From Candidatus Aldehydirespirator sp. (lineage in GTDB: Bacteria; Actinomycetota; Acidimicrobiia; Acidimicrobiales; Aldehydirespiratoraceae): a DNA stretch of 64,000 bases. Both the position numbers and the translations under genes were made by a program. The notes under the pieces were generated by a model, which was not told the DNA's origin, made no database searches, and saw only the letters and a program-made list of their open reading frames with translations. Location: the NCBI GenBank assembly GCA_965203575.1, contig OZ241894.1, positions 3,818,841 to 3,882,840 on the forward strand. Reading direction: 5' to 3'. Positions 61,519-64,000 of this stretch are shown here, piece by piece; the stretch's first letter is position 1, and the number at the start of each line of letters is the position of its first letter.

Positions 61519-62774
61519 AACCCCCTGCGACGACCCCGACGGCGCCGGCCCGAAGACTCGCGCCCCCGCTCCCCAGCCCGGCGCCCCGACGCCCCGCCAG
61601 CGGACGACTGCTCCTGTGGACCCGCCCCCGAACCCGGCACGGGACCCGGCCCCTCCCGCGCCGGCACCGAACCCGGCGCCTCCCCCACCGGCACAGAACC
61701 CGCCACAACCGAACCAGAGGACAAGACCGAACCCGGCGCCTCCCCCACCGGCACAGAACCAGCCGCCACAGAACCAGCCGCCACAGAACCCGCCACAACC
61801 GAACCAGAGGACAAGACCGAACCCGGCGCCTCCCCCACCGGCACAGAACCAGCCGGCACAGAACCCGGCACGGCCGAACCCGACAAGACCGAACCCGGCG
61901 CCTCCCCCGCCGACACAGAACCAGCGGGCACAGAGCCAGCGGACAAGGCCTGGAGGTGGCGTGCGGGCTCGGGCTGTGCCGGGGCCTCTGCGGCCGGCTC
62001 GCGGCCGCGCCCGGGTCCGGCCCCTTGGGCCGCGTCGATCCTGGACGCTTCCAGCAGCCGGGAGGAGATCCTGTCGAGGCTCTTGATGAACGCCCGGTCG
62101 CGGCGCCCGCCCTGCAGGCGCAGCAACCTGTCGTCGGCCACCACCGGCAGCCTCCCGGCCACCAGCATGCCCGTCTCCGCTCTGAGGTCGTCGTCGCCGA
62201 GGGGCGAGTCGCCCTCCACGACCAGCACCCGCAGGCCGCGGTCGAAACCGTGCAGCCCGGCGCCCCTGCACGCCCTCCACAGCGCCTTGGCGGCGTCGGC
62301 GGACTCCACGGGGGCCAGCACCGCCACTATCCGCGCCGCCCTCAGCAGCGCCACGACCGGGTCCGCGGCGGCCGGCAGGGACGACGACACCACCACGCGG
62401 CGCTCGACGTCCACAGCCCTCAAGCCGGCCGCGCTCTCGCCGAGCCACGCGCCGGCGCGCCTCGCGCCGGCGGGGTGCGACGGCGCCAGCAGCGCCCACA
62501 GCGACCCCTGGGCGGTGTCGAGGCTGTAGCAGTGGTCCGCCAGCAGCCTGAGAGTGACCGGCTCGCGGGCCACCATCAGCGACGGCAGGCCCCGCACCGC
62601 GGGCGAGTACTCGGCGCGGTCCGCCTCGCCGAGGCGCTGCGCCAGGCCCGAGCCGGCCGCGTCGGCGTCCACGAACAGCACCCCCTCGCCGGAGTCGCTC
62701 CAGCGGCGGGCCACCGCCAGCCCGACCGACCCGGCGTCGAGCTGCGCGCCTTCCGCCGAGACCAGCGCTAGCAC
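61515..62774 (-). CDS. TadZ/CpaE-position protein with no recognisable Walker A, and a repetitive GSV-rich C-terminus
   Basis: It sits between cpaB and cpaF. AVLALVSAEGAQLDAGSVGLAVARRW..GVLFVDAD resembles ParA/MinD-like TadZ but lacks a GxxGxGK[ST] motif. The start is GTG 62774 or TTG 62852. Confidence 0.5.
   Translation of the reverse strand: MLALVSAEGAQLDAGSVGLAVARRWSDSGEGVLFVDADAAGSGLAQRLGEADRAEYSPAVRGLPSLMVAREPVTLRLLADHCYSLDTAQGSLWALLAPSHPAGARRAGAWLGESAAGLRAVDVERRVVVSSSLPAAADPVVALLRAARIVAVLAPVESADAAKALWRACRGAGLHGFDRGLRVLVVEGDSPLGDDDLRAETGMLVAGRLPVVADDRLLRLQGGRRDRAFIKSLDRISSRLLEASRIDAAQGAGPGRGREPAAEAPAQPEPARHLQALSAGSVPAGSVSAGEAPGSVLSGSAVPGSVPAGSVPVGEAPGSVLSSGSVVAGSVAAGSVAAGSVPVGEAPGSVLSSGSVVAGSVPVGEAPGSVPAREGPGPVPGSGAGPQEQSSAGGASGRRAGERGRESSGRRRRGRRRGL
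61620..61945. repeat. Compound imperfect tandem repeats (60/90/70-nt spacing built on ~15-nt subunits)
   Basis: CGAACCCGGCGCCTCCCCCACCGGCACAGAACC recurs at 61669, 61729 and 61819, with a variant at 61889. All three minus-strand frames and the plus strand are open across it. Confidence 0.8.
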
Positions 62775-62775
62775 T

Positions 62776-62890
62776 GCGCCTCTCCCACCCCGCGGGCGGC
62801 CGTCACTGCAGCCTGCCCAATGCCCCCGGCACGGTCGACACGGTCGGCACAAAGCGCCTCCCCCACCCCGCGGGCGGCCGTCACTGCGGC
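62776..62890. repeat. 37-bp direct repeat x2, 78-bp period, at the cpaB / tadZ-like junction
   Basis: GCGCCTC[T/C]CCCACCCCGCGGGCGGCCGTCACTGC[A/G]GC occurs at 62776-62812 and 62854-62890. The second copy holds the cpaB stop codon. Confidence 0.8.
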
Positions 62891-64000
62891 TCCGGCGCCA
62901 GGGCCGCGGCCGCGAAGGCCTCCCAGGCGGCCCGCCACTCGGCGTTGAGGCGGGCAGCCATGTCGTCCACGTCGGTGCCCACGGGCACCGGCAGCACCAG
63001 CGGGTCGGCGCCGAGCAGCACCGGCAGGGTGAGCCAGTAGTGCCACTCCTCGGGCGGCACGAACATCTGGATCACACCGTCGGCGTAGTTGTCGAGTTCC
63101 AGCAGGCCGATCACCTCCATGGGCCGGCCCGAGTCGTTGCCCTCGGGCGCCCGGCCGGGGTCGACCAGCAGCACGGTGTCGCCCTCGGACACGCCCGAGG
63201 GCACCAGGCCGTCGTCGAGGGCCACGATTATCTCGAGCTCGCCCGGCCCGGCCGAGGGCGCCGCGTCGGCCAGCAGCTCGGCCAGCTCGGCCACCGCCTC
63301 GTCCCACTGGGCCTGCCACACCGCGTTGAGCCGCTCCTCGGCGTCGTCGGCGTCGTCGCCCAGCTCGAGGTCGACGATCATCAGCGTGCCGCCCGCCTCC
63401 TCGACCAGCTCCTCCCACTCGGCCCACTCCTCGGGCGCCAGGAACAGCTGCATCCGCGAGCCGTCGAAGTTGGTGAGCTCGAACTGGCGCACCACCTTCC
63501 GGGGCCGGCCGTCGTCGCCGGGCACGGGCGGCGCGCCGGGATCGACCAGCAGCACCGGGTCGCCCTCGGCCACCGCGTCGGTGGCCATGATCAGGTCGAG
63601 GGGTATGTCCAGCTCCAGCACGACGCCGTCGGTGGGGGTCTCGTCCAGTTTGACCATCTCGTAGCTGACGAGCGCGCCCTGCGGGATCGGCTGGGTGGCC
63701 ACCATGCCCTCGAACGCGAACGGCGCGTCCGGCGTCCAGGCGATGTGGGGGACCGACCCGGCCAGCACCCGGTCCGAGGTCAGGTCGGCCGCGCTCAGCG
63801 CCTCGCCGGCCTCGATGCGCCTGGCCGACACCAGCACCGCCACCCGGTCGTCGAAGGCGTCGGAGGTGTAGTAGAAGCCGTAGACGCTGCCCGCGAGCAC
63901 CGCCACGCCCGCGAGGATCAGCAGGATCCGCTTGGTCGAGTCCGGCAGGCCGCGCCGGGCCTTCTCGGCGGTCGCCGCCTCCGGCGCGGCCGCGGCCTGG
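62881..64000 (-). CDS. CpaB/RcpC-like Flp pilus assembly protein (SAF domain) with an internally duplicated C-terminal module; 5' end outside the window
   Basis: The frame is open to the window edge. It reads ..KRILLILAGVAVLAGSVYGFYY (TM) and then the SAF-like VAVLVSARRIEAGEALSAADL. Two ~95-aa paralogous modules follow. Confidence 0.7.
   Translation of the reverse strand, partial: QAAAAPEAATAEKARRGLPDSTKRILLILAGVAVLAGSVYGFYYTSDAFDDRVAVLVSARRIEAGEALSAADLTSDRVLAGSVPHIAWTPDAPFAFEGMVATQPIPQGALVSYEMVKLDETPTDGVVLELDIPLDLIMATDAVAEGDPVLLVDPGAPPVPGDDGRPRKVVRQFELTNFDGSRMQLFLAPEEWAEWEELVEEAGGTLMIVDLELGDDADDAEERLNAVWQAQWDEAVAELAELLADAAPSAGPGELEIIVALDDGLVPSGVSEGDTVLLVDPGRAPEGNDSGRPMEVIGLLELDNYADGVIQMFVPPEEWHYWLTLPVLLGADPLVLPVPVGTDVDDMAARLNAEWRAAWEAFAAAALAPEPQ

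Noticed and set aside
61519-62499. N-terminal 327-aa extension of the cpaF ORF (G/F/C-rich GGGGAGFGLVLWFGCGGFC repeats)
   Set aside because: It is a product of the compound nucleotide repeat read in the wrong frame, and it overlaps the TadZ-like gene. The ATPase similarity begins just after GTG 61518, which forms a GTGA overlap with the upstream stop.
1-64000. Search by eye for tRNA, rRNA, riboswitch or integrase/transposase genes
   Set aside because: I found no T-loop-like GGTTCGAATCC-type sequence outside coding context, no rRNA-like stretches, and no recombinase motifs in any ORF-track translation. Absence cannot be proven without covariance-model and HMM scans.

Overview
Very GC-rich, actinobacterial-type chromosomal segment (third codon positions are almost all G/C, so both strands carry many long spurious shadow ORFs). 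I saw no rRNA, tRNA or CRISPR array. All domain calls below rest on motifs recognised by eye, not on searches.

- **1-29.6 kb:** mostly lipid/acyl-CoA-type catabolism. It holds two family III CoA-transferases, four acyl-CoA dehydrogenases, a double hot-dog hydratase, an HpcH aldolase and an APH-fold kinase. Interspersed are an AbiEi/AbiEii-like pair, a VapBC pair, an ECF sigma/anti-sigma pair, Tpx, a PLP-dependent aromatic-amino-acid-type decarboxylase and a TMADH-family amine dehydrogenase with an apparent frameshift. Also present are two tandem 14-repeat RCC1-like lipoproteins followed by a YceI / CXXCH / copper-monooxygenase (PHM/DBH-like) fusion protein.
- **29.6-33.1 kb:** a visibly lower-GC islet. 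It carries a toxin-antitoxin-like pair, a membrane-anchored HExxH protein, a decayed copy of the 3' end of the neighbouring arylsulfatase gene and an MT-A70 adenine methyltransferase.
- **33-43 kb:** an arylsulfatase carrying an in-frame repeat-element insertion, an amidohydrolase, a PhyH dioxygenase, an Fe/Mn SOD, a small HEPN-like/HNH-remnant islet, a dehydrogenase and a fused carboxyltransferase.
- **42.9-64 kb:** a Tad/Flp pilus locus on the minus strand, containing CpaB, a TadZ-like protein, CpaF, TadB, TadC, an Flp-like pilin, TadE/G-like proteins and an A24 prepilin peptidase.

The most striking feature is in the Tad locus. It is a ~3,200-aa ORF whose N-terminus looks like a TadE-type pseudopilin and whose remainder is about 23 Calx-beta-like modules. 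The locus is also full of short junction duplications and tandem repeats. A retropepsin-like two-gene cassette sits between tadC and the pilin gene, flanked by 84-bp direct repeats.
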